Source: Octopus sinensis
Taxonomy: Eukaryota
Assembly: GCF_006345805.1 (NCBI RefSeq)
Contig: NC_043006.1
Span: 39,308,001 to 39,372,000, forward strand
Direction: 5' to 3'
DNA: 64,000 bases
Under the pieces are notes generated by a model. The model saw only the letters and a list, made by a program, of their open reading frames with translations, made no database searches and had not been told where the DNA came from. Both the position numbers and the translations under genes were made by a program. This document shows positions 51,600-64,000 of the stretch, one piece after another (the stretch's first letter is position 1; each line of letters opens with the position of its first letter).

Positions 51600-52795
51600 T
51601 TTACTTGTTTCGGTCATTTGACTGCGGCCATGCTGGAGCATCGCCTTTAGTCGAGCAAATCGACCCCAGGACTTATTCTTTGTTAGCCTAGTACTTATTC
51701 TATCGGTCACTTTTGCCGAACCGCTAAGTTACGGGGACGTAAACACACCAACATTGGTGGTCAAGCGATGTTGGGGCACAAACACTGACACACAAACACA
51801 TACATATATAGAGAGATACATACATACGACGGGCTTCTTTCCGTTTCCGTCAACCAAATCCACTCACAAATCTTTGGTCGGTCCGAGGCCATAGTAGAAA
51901 AGACATGCCGAAGATACCACGCAGTGGGACTGAACTCGGAACCATGTGGTTTGTAAGTAAGCTACTTACCACACAACCACTTCCATGTAAACATTTGTGT
52001 GTATAAGAAGGTATATTAGCATACCGGACCAAATGCTTAGCCTCATTTTGTCCGGCTTTACGTCGTGAGTTCAAATTCCGCCGAGCTCGACCTTCCCTTT
52101 CATGTTTTCGGAGGTCGATGTCATGAGTACTAGTTACGTACTGGGGTCAGTATAATCGACTAGTCCCGCTCTTCGCCTCCAAATTGCAGGCCCTGTGCTT
52201 TGAGTAGAAAGGATTATTTGGGTAGTCAGAGTGTATGAGAATGTTCAATATAAATATCATCTTATGTCAGGGTGAAATCATTCTTTTGTACTCTAGGCAC
52301 AAGGCCCGAAATTTTGGGGGAGGGGGCAGTCGATTAGATCAACCCCAGTACGCAACTGGTTCTTAATTTATCGACCTCGAAAGGATAAAAGGCAAAGTCG
52401 ACCTCGGCGGAATTTGAACTCTGAATGTAAAGACAGACGAAATACTGCTAAGCATTTCGCCCGGCTTGCTAACGTTTCTGCCAGCTCGCCTCCTTCTGCA
52501 AATATTTTTTTCTACTCTAGGCACAAGGCCCGAAATTTCGGGGGAGGGGGCCAGTCCATTAGATTGACCCCAGTACTGAGCTGGTACTTAATTTATCGAT
52601 TCTGAAAGGACGAATGCAAAGTCGGCCTCGGCGGAATTTGAACTCAGAACGTAAAGACATATGAAATAACGCGAAGCATTTCGCCCGGCATGCTAACGAG
52701 TCTTCCAGCTCGCCGCCATGGTGAAACTATTTGTAAACGTGTTGTTAAGCACAGGATAAAAAAATGCTGAAATATCGAAGTTCCTATTATCCATT

Positions 52796-52829
<34 letters not shown>

Positions 52830-53130
52830 GGCAGGTACATACATATGTCTATATTTAAGTGTGATTCTGCGATTCTGCGTATATACATATATACACATAC
52901 ATACATACATACATACGCATGCATACACAGAATCGTTAGTTCAGCAGGCGAAACTGTTGGTGGTATCTCGTCCGTTTTTACGCTCTGAGTTGAAATTTCG
53001 ACGAGGTTGACTTTGACTTCCATCGCTTTGGGATCGATAAAACAAGTAACAATTGAAAAAATGGGATCGATGTAGCCGACACCCCCACCTCACCAATATT
53101 ACTGAACTTATGCCAACATTTTACATCAAA
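51600..53130. mobile_element. Dense SINE cluster: B(-) 51600-51985, C(+) 51995-52215, C(-) 52290-52493, C(-) 52515-52717, C(+) 52940-53130
   Basis: Each block matches the family consensus seen elsewhere in the window. Confidence 0.85.
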
Positions 53131-53829
53131 GTATGATTGTTGTACTGATCGAGAGTGGGTGGATTTCCATTCATAGATTCATTCATACAAAATATACATT
53201 CGTACATTCATTCATTCATAAATGTATACATACATACATACATATATACACACATGCATGCATACATACATACATCCATACATGTATATACATATATACA
53301 CATACATACATACATACATACATACATACATACATCATACATACATACATACATACATACATACATACATACATACGCATGCATACATAAGTACATATAT
53401 TCATACCTACATACGTTCAAATATACACACATATATAGATATATACACTCCTGCATACGTACATATGGAAACGGATCCCCAAGTGCGCTCTTGCCTCTTG
53501 TGTGTCTCTCAGTGTTGTATGTGAAATAATCTATATTCGTACAGACATGAATTCATATGGATATATATCTACATACAATATGTACACTTCATGTGTGTAT
53601 GTGTATGCATGCGCCTGTGCGTGTGTCAGTGCCTACCAAGTGTCTGTGTATGCGATATGAGGATGAAAGAGAGAGGATGAGAGAGAGAGAGAGAGTGAGA
53701 GAGACTAATCCGTTTCCATCGATTACTGATCATCAGTTCAATAACAGTTACAGAAATTAAATTTTATTTTTAGATCATCTCTGACTTCATTTTGTACAGT
53801 ATGGTCAAGGGTGGTCGGTAGAGAAGACA

Positions 53830-54570
53830 TTGAGCATTGTGGTGGTGGTGGTGGTGGTGGCTGTAGTGGTGTATGCTACGAAGGAGCTTGGTGCTAGTAG
53901 TAGTGAGCTCCTGCTGGAGGTGGTGATATTCATGGTGATGTTGGTTGTGATGATGATGATGATGATAGTGTTAGTGGTGGTCATAATGATGATGATGATA
54001 GTGATGGTGGCAGTGTTGTTATTGGTGGTGGTGGCGGTGGTGGTGATAATAGTGGTGGTAGTGGTGATAGAGGTGGTAATAGTGGTGGTGGTGGTGCTGG
54101 TGGTGGTAGTGTTGGTGCTGATGGTTATGGTGTCGGTGTTGGTGGTGATGGTTATGGTGGTGGTGATGGCAGTTGTAGTGGTGGTGGTGGTTATGGTGGT
54201 GGTGGTATGATGATGATGATGGAGGTTGTAATGGTGGTGATGGTAGCGGTGGTGAAGTTTATGATGCTTGTTATGGTAATAGCAGCAGAGGTGTCACCGG
54301 CGGTAGCGGCGCCAGAGATGGTTCTAATATATTGGAGCTGCTGCTGACAGCGGTAGCTGTGATGGTGTGTGGTGTTTTCGGTGAGTATATGCTGGTAATG
54401 GTGGTGGTGGTGTTGTCCTCGAGCGATGATGATGGTGGTGGTGGTGGTGGTGGTGGTGATGCTGTTGCTGTTGGTGGTGGCGGGGACAAGGTCTTGATAG
54501 AAGTGATTGTTGGTATTTATACTGCTGTTACTGTACGAGATTATGGCCATCTTATTGTTGTTGCTGTTAT
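53830..54570. repeat. (GGT)n/(GAT)n low-complexity tract
   Basis: Trinucleotide runs; the Gly-coding frame is interrupted by stops. Confidence 0.9.
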
Positions 54571-55534
54571 TTAGCCCTCGGACTCTTGGCTGATGAAGAA
54601 GAAAAACCTATGACGAAAGGCATTCCAGCCATGACCATTCCGTCCTTGCGTGTACCTTGGATTACAGTTACCAGTATGAAATTTTAGATTTATCACATGG
54701 CTAAACCTGACTCTTCCACATTTTTGTTAACTGTTGGATTGATATTGGAGTTCGAGGTGTTGATAACAGAAAGAAACATGTGGAGATATTACGGCAGTAG
54801 CAGCAGCAGTAGTGGCAGTAGTAGCTGGTGGTTATGCTACTGCTACTGGTACCGTTGTAATATATATGATGGTACTATGATACAGTAGAACAGTTTCGTA
54901 AGGGAAGGCCGTGGAGGATTTTTTCCAACGGTTTACATACTAAAATTTGACCGAGACCATGGCAAAACAAGGAAAAATTGTATATATGTAGATGCATGTA
55001 TGTATGTATGTATGTATGTATGTATGTATGTATGTATGCGTGTATGTCATTGTCCAGTTTTATTTCAAGATTTCTTGCCGTTAGGGAAAGGACCGGTTTC
55101 TAACCTAAGTCCAAGGTTTTTCATTGGAATATCGACATCAACATCAGGGTATTTTTGTAAGTATGTATGTATATATGCAAATGTACAAATTTGTATGTTT
55201 ATGTATGTATGTATGTATGTATGTATGTATGTATGATGTATGTCACTCCGAGAAAGGGATGTGATGTGAGTTGTCTCTCTTGCCTATGACTTACCTTCAT
55301 ACACACACATATATATACGTATACACACACATACATATATATATATACACGCATACATACATATATATATACACACATACTTACATATATATATATACAC
55401 ACATACATGTATACACATACATACATACATATATATATATATACACACATACATACACATATATATACACATATACATACACATATATACACACATACAT
55501 ATATATATATCCATACATATTTATATATATATAT

Positions 55535-55715
55535 TTCTTTACTACCCACAAGGGGCTAAACACAGACGGGACAAACAAGGTCAGACAAACGGATTAAGTC
55601 GATTATATCGACCCCAGTGTGTAACTGGTACTTAATTTATCGACCCCGAAAGGATGAAAGGCAAAGTCGACCTCGGCGGAATTTGAACTCGGAACGTGAC
55701 GACAGACGAAATATA
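55535..55715 (-). mobile_element. SINE family C, 5'-truncated, with long 3' tail
   Basis: Reverse complement GAGTTCAAATTCCGCCGAGGTCGACTTTGCCTTTCATCCTTTCGGGGTCGATAAATTAAG...CCCCTTGTGGGTAGTAAAG. Confidence 0.88.
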
Positions 55716-55872
55716 TTTATATATATATATACACACTAAACAGTATACTAGCGATGTATTGTATATAAAGCGCACAGAACGTTCCACCGAAAACCACCTG
55801 GCGGAGAATCTGCCTGAGGTTAAACTAGCAGTAACATTCAGCTGCCACTTTGATGTGGCTACTCGCTTCACT

Positions 55873-55912
<40 letters not shown>

Positions 55913-55920
55913 TATATATA

Positions 55921-57200
55921 ACAGTGGCGCCATTTTATTTAAGAACTTTTGTATACCAATGTCAAAATGGAATTTTTTTATATATTCAAGTTGTAAATTG
56001 TGAATTTAGATATATATCAAAATAAAGAAAATTTCACGTGCTTTAATATAGTATACAACCTTACAGCATAACATCATATTAATTTTAAATTAAAGAGAAA
56101 CTTTGTTTTGCGTAATTTACATCGCCACTTAATTTTAAAGCGATTTGCAAAAATGTCCTTTTTTTTTTGCCTTATTGACTAATATAAAGTTAGGGTAATT
56201 TGCATGCTGTTAAGACTTTTAAGTTACTTAATAGTTTTGATGGGTAAGAGAAAAAAACTTAACACCAGAAACCAGAGCGCGGATCGTTCAGCTTAGTGGG
56301 CTGAAATGCTCATATAAAGCTATTTGAAATTAAGTTGAATGCTCTAAAACAACCGATCACTATGCTGTCCATCTTTATAAAGAAACTAATGATTATGAAG
56401 ACCGCTCTCGACCTTGGCAACCAAGAAAAACAACGGTAAGAATAGATAGATACATTCATAGACTATCCCTGAAAAAAAAAACAGTAATGAGCGCTGTCAA
56501 CATTTTAAAAGAAATTCGACAAAAATATGGACTTACCATTGGAGTGTCTACCATAAAAACCATCTCGAAAAATTTGGACTTCTAGGAAGAGCCTCTTGCA
56601 AAAAGCCATACATTTCTTTAAAAAAATGACATGCCCGAATACAGTTCGCAACAGAGAATTTGAATTGGAGTTCAGTAGATTGGTCGAATGTGTTGTGATA
56701 GGACGAGTCAAGGTTCAGTTTGTTCGGCAGTGATTGCAGGATGTATATAAGAAGGCGTATAGGTGAAGAATATCATCCAGAATTCATCCAACCAGCAATT
56801 AAGCACGGTGGTAGAAGTGTGATGGTGTAGGGGTGCATGTAGGTGTCGGTCCTATAATCCGAATCAAGGGCATTATGGAAAGTAAGTCATATCTAAAAAT
56901 ACTGGGTAATATTATGCTTCCATACGCCCGAAAGCATTTGGGCCGATCTTGGACTTGCCAGCATGAGAACGACCCGAAACACAACTCGCACCCAATCAGA
57001 GATTACATTAGGTTTAAAAGAGCTCGCTTGATGCAGTGGCCAGCGCAGTCGCCCGACCTAAATCTCATCGAAAATCTTTGGGAAAGGTTGGGTTGAGCTG
57101 GGCAAAGTAGTAAGCCAAAGAATAAAGATGAATCTTTTAACATCATTAGCCAAAACTGGGGAAAAAAACTCAGTAACAGTGATAAATTATCTGAACAATT
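55921..57200 (+). mobile_element. Tc1-like (DD34E) transposon, decayed; right TIR not seen
   Basis: TA|CAGTGG left end; translation RKTT.R.DR, KKPYIS, WSNVL.DESRFSLFGSD, KHGGRSVMV.GC, QHENDPKH...WPAQSPDLNLIENLW with a 34-residue spacer to E. Confidence 0.9.
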
Positions 57201-58919
57201 CTGGTTGTTATCGTTGTAGCTTAACCCCTGGACATCCCAGTAGAGCCGAGCTAGAATCATAGATATTCAAGCCATGATTATTCTGTTATTTTTTTTTCTT
57301 TTATGCAGGGAACCTAAGACAACCCAGAGCTATATTATTCAATATTTTTGCCATTTTGCTTCAAAGGCTGTGATTTAGTTCCAATTTCAAGGAAGTTAAA
57401 GGTTCGATCTCTGGCTTCTCTTGGTTGTGGTATTGTTGCTACACGTACAACATCAATTTTCCGGAAACTTTAGTTCTAAAGCCTTTAGTTCCAAAGTATT
57501 GCTTAATTTCCAGAGCCAGTGGTAGTCACCTCTAAGTTAAACAATTCTGAAACTCACCAACATAATTAAATGGAATACAGGTACCCGTAGATTAATATAA
57601 ATGACAGGAGTTTATTAATTCTGTGCAGTGTAAGGTGCTGTGAAACAGGGCCGCCCAGTAAACTGGTCTGGTGGCTGCAAGAATTTGAAATTCCTGCTTG
57701 TAAATTAATACGAATTATAAGAGGTTCCGGATCATCAGTGTCTGGAAATCAGTATATACGTGTAAATAGTAATAGCGATGGAGATGATGAAGGTGGTGGT
57801 GGTGACGATGGTGCTGCTGCTACTGCTGCTGCTGTTGTGGTTCTGATGGTAGTTTTGTTGGTATTAGCTCTATGGGAAATGTTGGTAGCAGATCGATGCC
57901 AAAGTCGGAGCTACGATATACAATTATACAGAAATTAACAACAGATATAATTTGATTTAATGCTAAAAACAAACAAAATTCGCTTAGTTCTTGTTATTTT
58001 GGGTGGATGAAGGAGGAAAATCAGAGGGCTGGGGTTTTATTCGTAATCTACCATTTTTATTCTGGTTTTTAATTTGTGTGCTTGAGGCGGTTGAGCATAT
58101 ATTTTTTTATATTTTCTCTCATTTTTTTGTTTGAAAAAATGCTTTAATTTTTTTTTTCAAATTATTTCATTTAATTTTTTTTTCTTATCTTTCATTGATT
58201 CCATTTTTGATTTTATTTTGTGTTTTTCATTTTACGTTCTCGTACTTTCGATTTTATTTTATTGCAAACTCATCTTTTATTTGTTTATTTATTTTATTTA
58301 TTTAGTTTTTCTTGTTTTCATTTATTTTTCTTTATTTTTTTCTTTTTGAAATTTTTACCTCATTGATTCGAAAGAATTGGAGAACTAGAAGTTCTTGGAA
58401 AAATTTTTTAGTCATATAAAAACAAACCGCAGTGTTTTATTGGAAGCAATATATTTTATTCTTTTTTTTTGTTTTGCTTTTAATTTATTTGCTAGTCTGT
58501 AATTTAGAAATTATTATTATTATTACCATTGTTATTATTACTATTATTATTATTACTATTATTACTAATATTATTATTGTGTATGAGTTGTACTATGTAT
58601 ATCTTGTTGTGAAAGTTATTCTCCTTGTAGTTTTGGCTGTTTTATCGTTATCTTTACGGTTTTTTTCGTCTACATTTATATTTTGTTTTCGTTCTTTATA
58701 GCCATTCTTATGTTATCGTTGATGTTATTTTAACGATTTTACTTTATCCAAGTTAAGACTTATTTCTCTTCCATTTCAAACAATAAGAAACAAAACAAAA
58801 TTCCAGAGCTTTATACCGATCTACGATTTTCGTTTCTTTAGTTTTTCTCATTTTATCAGAGCGACGGACAAAATAAATTGTTTAGTTTCACCGTTTTACG
58901 TTCAAATTCCAAATATCTT

Positions 58920-59310
58920 TTACTTGCTTCAGTCATTAGACTGCGGCCACGCTTGGGCATCGCATGATTATAGTCTAACGTATCGAATGAATCAACTCCA
59001 GTACTCATATTTTTAAAGCCTGGTACTTATTCTATCGGTATCTTTTGCAGAACCGCTAAGTTATGGGGATGTAAACCCAGCGACACCGGTTGTCAAGCAG
59101 TGGTGGGGAAAATAGACACAAAGACACCCACATATGAATATATATGTACGACGGGCTTCTTTCAGTTCCCATCTACCAAATCTACTTATAGGGCTTTGGT
59201 CGGACCGAGGCTATAGTAAAAGACACTTGCACAAGGTGCCACACAGAGGAACTGAACCCGGAATTATGCCGTTGGGAAACAAAATTCTTGCCACACAACA
59301 CCTGCACCTA
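58920..59310 (-). mobile_element. SINE family B, diverged
   Basis: Reverse-complement match to head, body and tail. Confidence 0.8.
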
Positions 59311-59457
59311 TATATTGGTCGATTTTTTCTTTCCCTCTCAACATAACGTGTCGAAATAAACGTTGCTAATCATTTTGTCCGACATGCTAATGGTTCTGCC
59401 ACTTCAGTGTCCAGTTTCAACCGATTATTCCTTATCTCTATCTTTAAATTAATTACA

Positions 59458-59790
59458 TGGTGCCTGTGAAGGCGCGTGGCTTAATGGTTAGGACATTCGA
59501 CTGACGATTGTAAGGTCGTGAGTTCGATTCCCGGCGATGCGTTGTGTCCTTGAGCAAGACACTTTATTTCACGTTGCTCCAGTCCACTCAGCTGGCAAAA
59601 ATGAGTAGTACCTGTATTTCAAAGGGCCGGCCTTGTCACACTCTGTGTCACGCTGAATCTCCCTGAGAACTACGTTAAGGGTACTCGTGTCTGTGGATTG
59701 CTCAGTCACTTGCACGTTAATTCCACGAGCAAGCTGTTCCGTTGATCGTATCAGCTGGGACCCTCGTCGTTGTAACCGATGGAGTGCTCC
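59458..59790 (+). mobile_element. Chimeric SINE: family D head and core with family A 3' half
   Basis: GTGAAGGCGCGTGG..GAGTTCGATTCCC..GTGTCCTTGAGCAAGACACTTTATTTCACGTTGCTCCAG (D-like), then GTACCTGTATTTCAAAGGGCC...CGTAACCGATGGAGTGC (A-like); a diverged relative at about 2520-2790. Confidence 0.8.
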
Positions 59791-60149
59791 TATATATATA
59801 TATATATATATATATACATTGTGCCTACAGTTATAGGACATGTCGATCGATTTCTCTCTCTTTTCCATTGTTTCTGAGAAAACCTCTCTTCCTTGTATCT
59901 GACCGATCTCATGTCGCCCTCATTCTGACCTCCGCGACCTTACTTGTCATTCTGCCTCTCACCTCCGGACTTTATGTTTTGTCCTTACTCCAAAAACTCA
60001 ACCCTTTGAAATCCTCTATCTGCTATCGTCTTCCCTGCTACAATTTAAACAGATCATCAAACAACATCAAGGACACCCAAGCAGGATGGCCTGAAAAAGC
60101 TCATGAGCAATAAATCATCTTCTACGAAAATAAAAACATTTAATCCTTT

Positions 60150-60262
60150 TACGAGGGGTGTATGAAAAGTTTTCAGCCTTCAAGGCCTCTGAACCTGCAT
60201 CAGCAGTTTTGTACAATGTTTTGGTTTTTTGAGGCTCAAAACTTTTCATTCATTCTTCGTAC
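60150..60262. mobile_element. Very short mariner-like MITE
   Basis: TA|CGAGGGGTGTATGAAAAGTTTTCAGCCT ... AGGCTCAAAACTTTTCATTCATTCTTCG|TA. Confidence 0.7.
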
Positions 60263-60694
60263 ATTCTGAATTCAAAACCTGTGGTGCCACCTTAACCGTT
60301 CATAAAATAAAATACGAGTAAAACTCTTGGCATCAATACAATCAACCGCTCTATATTCCATAATTTGTGGTGTTTTTTACCTCTAAGAAATTTCTATTTA
60401 TAATTGATGTCGCAAAAATGGCGAACGATGGTCAGAATCATTAAAACTACAAGCTATAGTAGAAGACACTTTCCCAAAGTGCCACGCAGTAGGACTGAAT
60501 CCAAAACCATGTGGTTGGGAAGCAAGTTTCTTACCACACATCCACTGGTGTGCCTATTTTTTTGTTTGTTTTTCATGGCTTTTTAAATTCTGTTATTTAA
60601 TCTTTTGGTCTCCTTTGCCGAATCGCTAAGTTATGGTGGCCGTAAACAAACACCTATTTTCAAGCGGTAGGGGACAAATACGAAGATACACACA

Positions 60695-60759
<65 letters not shown>

Positions 60760-62214
60760 GACGAATTTCCGCACTGTTTCTGACTACTAAATTCACTCTC
60801 GAGACATTAGCTGGCTCGGAACTGTAACAGAAGAAATTTGCCTAAGGTATCACGGAGTAAGACCGAACCTGAAATCAGGTGGCTGCAAAGTGAGCTTCTT
60901 AACCACACAGCCACACCTGTACCCATTATTGTTCGGTTTTGTTTTTTAACCTCTGTGTTCATATCTCTCCGTGGTTAACACTGCCGTTCGTGCTTTCCAG
61001 GTCGATGAAATCAAGTACCCACCAAGAAATGGTGCCGATTATTCCCACTGTCCAAATTTCCACCTTTGTGGTTATTGGAGACGGAATTATGAAGAGGTTG
61101 GGGACTGGTGGAATGTAGAGTAGTGAAAAAAATACCATGTGGTATTATGTGACATCTATGCTTGCTCTGAGTTCAAATTCTTTTAAATCTGATAATGCTT
61201 TCCTTCTCGACGTACAGTCAGCAGTAGGAGCATAGTTATATTTAGTTGACGAATGTTTCATGAGTTTATTAATATTTAAACCCTTTTACCTCTCTCTGAG
61301 TATGTCTTTAAGAGAGTAAAACTGCTTCTGCTTTCACAATTTGCTCCAGATAGATTATGCTTGCAGTGTCTCTGGGTATTCTCAAGACCTTGTTCCAAGA
61401 TAATAGGATGTATCACAATGTGTGCCTCACTACACGTGAGTGCACCTACCCTTTCATATATGTGACATAAACATGGTTTAGTGGTTAAAGAGTCCTCTTC
61501 GCGATCATCAGCTACCTGGTTCGATCCTACTACTTGACAACTACGGGTGTTTTTAACATAACCTCAAGTCAACACTAGTCTTGTGAGTAAAATTCGATAG
61601 GCAGAAATGGCGCAGAAGCCCGCAAAGATGTAGAAAACTGATAGCCGTATTTCTAATATTAGCTGTACAATCACGTGCCTGTTGCAGACTTACCAGAAAA
61701 ACTGTATTGCATTAAGATATCATTGAATCTACAGATATTTAAGATACTACTCGCTATATTTGTTTACTGTTACAATCAATAGAAATATGAAAGAATTGTT
61801 GAACTTGATAAATGTAAAGGAAACTACAAAAGATGCTGAAAACAATACACTCAACGAAGCATTAGTAAATACTTAAGTGGACTCTTGACAATGAAATCCC
61901 AACTGCACTGAATATATATTATTATTCGTCATGTGACCCGGTGTGGGTAATTAGTAAGTAAACACTTCCAGTTGAATGAAGCCATAAACTGTTTCAGAAG
62001 CTATGAATTTCATTGGGACATGTGCAAAAGACATAGTAAATTCAGTTTTTTTACCGAGGGGTGAAACGTAAAGAGAAGTCAAGATTTCGTTCTATTGTAT
62101 TGTAAGATGGCTATCAAGTAGCAAGTTATTGAACAAGCTCGTTACTCTTAAAGAACCAATTATTGCTTTGGAATGGAAAAAAAAAAGAAACCAATTTACC
62201 CACAATCAGAAGAT

Positions 62215-62900
62215 CTCCCATGAGTACAGTATCTGATATTCTTTTACAGATTTTACGCAACCTGTGCAATATTTAAACCTGGCACTTTTAGGAAAAGGAC
62301 AATGTTATTTCAGAACTTGACCATATAGTTTTAATTTTAAAGAATAAAGCCATCTAGTTAACGAAGAAATTTTCCCTTTTCAAACCTTAAATTATGGACA
62401 AAAATTTTTCTTGAGATTCAAATAAAAAAATTATGAAGTGAAACAGTACGAAAGAAACTTAGAAACATTTTCTGATGATTTTGAGAGCTGCTTAGAGAAT
62501 CTAAAAAAAAGCTAGAACCATGCTTCAAATTTCGTGTGAATTCTTCTTCGATTAATGTTGTTTACGATAGACATATCTTCTGACAGCACCACTCGCTTTT
62601 GATGTGATTTTAAAAGAGTTAGAGGATGTAACTCTGAAACTTGCACAGAAAACCTTATCTCTGACGGTTGAAACAAAGCCCAGAAGCAAATCGTATTTTC
62701 AAACAAATTCTTCCAACTCATTTCTGTTTTACGAACAACTTACTGTGGTGGATTTCTCCCCTCTGGGATGGAAATTATCAAGACAAAACATCACGCTATC
62801 TTCATTAACAACCATCTCACTGAGCCCTGAGGAATTTAACATACTACCACTTGGATTTTAAAGAATTGACTTTAGAAACGAAGACCTAATAAAAGAGAAA
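62215..62900 (+). pseudogene. Decayed hAT (Charlie/Buster/SPIN-like) transposase C-terminal region
   Basis: With frameshifts: F.TDFTQPVQYLNLALLGK.NVISEL and ISVLRTTYC...SGMEIIKTKHHAIFINNHL, resembling FLTDIT..LN.LNL.LQGK and the hAT dimerisation motif STY.CE..FS.M..IK.K.R..L...HL. Confidence 0.55.
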
Positions 62901-64000
62901 TTAATCAATCTACTTTGGTGCATAAAAATATGTAGCAGCATGTTTTCTTATTTATAAACATAACTTTAAAAATATGTTGCAAAACTCCAGCATCAGAAGA
63001 ATATATGTGACTCTTCTTATCAATCAACATGACCAAAGCCTGTCATATTAGAGCTTATTAAATAATTGTTGGCTTCAAACTAATGAAATACTGTAGGATT
63101 GGTGAAGGACGTAAAGCTTTGTATACAATCGACGCAGTTTTGTTCCATTCAAGTTCGCGCAGTGTCACTTAAATTTAATCATGGCCAAATGCTTTAGAAA
63201 ATGTCATATTCTTCGTAAACAGTGATAATAAAAATGGTAACTTGCAGACAATTTTTGATAGGTTCTGGCAGGCTCCAATGTGAGTATGTCAATCGCTATC
63301 ATGTTTCGTCATAGGAGGAAACCTCCCTTTTCAGACGGATGAATCGAGTCATAGCAGACTCGATTCATTAGTGTAAGGAGACGCTGAGACTACCCGCTGT
63401 TTCGACAGAGTTGTGTCTCATCAAGTCAAGGCCACCGTTTAGAAGTTACTATATTATTAGCACTTGATATAAATAAAAATAATATTGGGAAGCAGGTTTA
63501 TATTCCTACAAAGCAGCTTGTGGTTCATTTCACGAGGCACTACATTATCTGGCTTGTCTCTTTCTGGTAACACGAATTTTTACCCAATGTCTATAAGACA
63601 CAACCCAATTTTCTGGGAAATGTTGCCATGAAGGATAGAGCGCCTTATAAATAGTAAAATATTGTAAGTTAAACTAATAGTCATTGTTTTGTTAACAACA
63701 CGCTCACACACATGTACGCGTGTAGCATGAATGTAAGGTATATATATTGTCTGTATGTAAGTACGTCTGTTTCATGTATATATATAAGAGTTTTTGTATC
63801 CATGTTTAAAAACAACTAAATCAAAATTCTTCGATCAAAATAGTCCAATTCCCAAAGTACTTTAAATAAGGTTTTTTATATGCAAAAAGTTATTGATGTT
63901 TGCTTTGAAAGTTCTCCATTTCTTAGTTTCTCTCTCTCTGAAAGATTCCTCTCCCAACATCCCTCCCCTCTCTCTTTCTCTCTCATACCGACGTTACTCT

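Noticed and set aside
54585-54640. CTGATGA...GAAAGGCATTCC hammerhead-like string
   Set aside because: No credible stem II, and stems I and III pair poorly.

Overview
AT-rich, microsatellite-dense eukaryotic DNA. The SINE families and simple-repeat spectrum look like an octopus (coleoid cephalopod) genome; this is my inference from recognition, not a database result. I found no intact host protein-coding gene, and almost all listed ORFs are translations of simple repeats. The window is a layered set of decayed mobile elements: a Dong/R4-clade LINE sitting in (TAA)n, 5'-truncated CR1-like and RTE-like LINEs, Tc1 (DD34E), mariner (DD34D), maT (DD37D) and hAT remnants, several MITEs, a Helitron cluster, and dozens of tRNA-derived SINE copies (labelled A-D here; only representative copies are listed). 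The most interesting signal is not in the ORF track: about a dozen minimal type I hammerhead-ribozyme motifs (CUGANGA...GAAA...NUH, mostly with a palindromic stem III), ranging from near-canonical to degenerate. They occur as a near-intact copy in a 337-bp insert with 16-bp direct repeats (50.6-50.9 kb), a tandem pair 294 nt apart (40.8-41.2 kb), a copy in the loop of a fold-back element (23.8 kb), copies inside a tRNA-headed SINE (11.9 kb, 29.3 kb), and a family with a recurring A6U core change. Together they suggest retrozyme-like or Penelope-dependent self-cleaving RNA elements. Also notable: a LINE/SINE pair sharing a 3' stem-loop with compensatory changes, and a SINE flanked by a 185-bp duplication. 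All structures were read by eye; element boundaries are approximate.
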